Program-made: the position numbers and the translations under genes | The notes under the pieces: model-generated | What the model was told of the DNA's origin: nothing | What the model saw: only the letters and a program-made list of their open reading frames with translations | Database searches by the model: none | Shown here: positions 15,291-15,680 of the stretch, piece after piece | Layout of the letters: each line of letters starts with the position of its first letter | Position numbering within the stretch: position 1 is the first letter of the stretch | Source of the DNA: Candidatus Bathyarchaeia archaeon | GTDB taxonomy: Archaea > Thermoproteota > Bathyarchaeia > Bathyarchaeales > Bathycorpusculaceae | Length of the DNA stretch: 15,680 bases | NCBI GenBank assembly: GCA_038883795.1 | Contig: JAVZLK010000037.1 | Span: 1-15,680, forward strand | Direction: 5' to 3'

Positions 15291-15680
15291 ATGGCTATGA
15301 AGCAACGTTTAGACATACATAACTTTGATGAAAGGCTGCATGATGCTGAGCGTAAGATAGACGCTCAAAACCCAATTTCAGCAAGAAATGCTGAGCTCAT
15401 TAAGCAGTTTGAGCAACACTGTTTCTCTGAGGGCTTGGGCAACGCCAGGATTGTCAAGTACCTACAGTCGCTTAAGAAGCTCGCCGAATGGTTTAAGAAG
15501 GACTTTGACGAAGCGGAAAAGGCCGATGTGGAACGGGTCGTAAACCTTTTAGAGCGAAGTGAATACTCAGCATGGACAAAACACGATTACAAGGTAGCCC
15601 TAAAGCGCTTTTACCTTTGGCTCGGAGGAGGCGAAGACTACCCACCACAAGTGAAATGGATCAAAACTACATTTAAGGAG
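15291..15680 (+). CDS. Partial tyrosine recombinase/integrase (N-terminal core-binding domain; archaeal SNJ2-like/Xer-like)
   Basis: Not in the ORF track. My translation is MAMKQRLDIHNFDERLHDAERKIDAQNPISARNAELIKQFEQHCFSEGLGNARIVKYLQSLKKLAEWFKKDFDEAEKADVERVVNLLERSEYSAWTKHDYKVALKRFYLWLGGGEDYPPQVKWIKTTFKE. EGL..xR..KY, YSxWTxxDYxxxLKRFYxWL and P..VxWIK are typical of tRNA-associated archaeal integrases. The catalytic domain lies outside the window. Confidence 0.88.
   Translation, partial: MAMKQRLDIHNFDERLHDAERKIDAQNPISARNAELIKQFEQHCFSEGLGNARIVKYLQSLKKLAEWFKKDFDEAEKADVERVVNLLERSEYSAWTKHDYKVALKRFYLWLGGGEDYPPQVKWIKTTFKE

Larger units (their letters stand above)
15248..15680 (+). mobile_element. 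Probable first bases of an integrated element (provirus/genomic island) inserted at tRNA-Thr(GGT)
   Basis: The integrase starts 43 nt after the tRNA 3' end. The second att repeat is not visible in this window. Confidence 0.65.

Overview
Archaeal chromosomal window. The tRNA identity elements, a 37/38 tRNA intron, BRE/TATA promoters and a PEF-CTERM-like surface protein all point to Archaea; Bathyarchaeia is my inference, not a database result. From left to right: a partial zinc-ribbon protein and a HIT-like protein; a DUF5615 PIN-like gene and a TIGR04076 gene; DinB; a small hypothetical protein; a MacB/LolD-type ABC pair divergent from a 1286-aa multi-repeat surface glycoprotein; UspA; a radical SAM-TRAM protein; a stand-alone half-size (6-TM) MFS protein; deoxyhypusine synthase abutting a 66-aa Cys-rich protein; tRNA-Gln(CTG); two SAM methyltransferases and an SplB-like radical SAM protein; tRNA-Leu(TAG); and an intron-containing tRNA-Thr(GGT). 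A tyrosine integrase follows tRNA-Thr directly, runs off the window and is missing from the ORF track; it probably marks the junction of an integrated element. The most unexplained structure is the 243-nt spacer between tRNA-Leu and tRNA-Thr. It holds a long hairpin with K-loop/ACA geometry and an alternative pairing arm, plus short repeats that copy the tRNA-Thr intron sequence.
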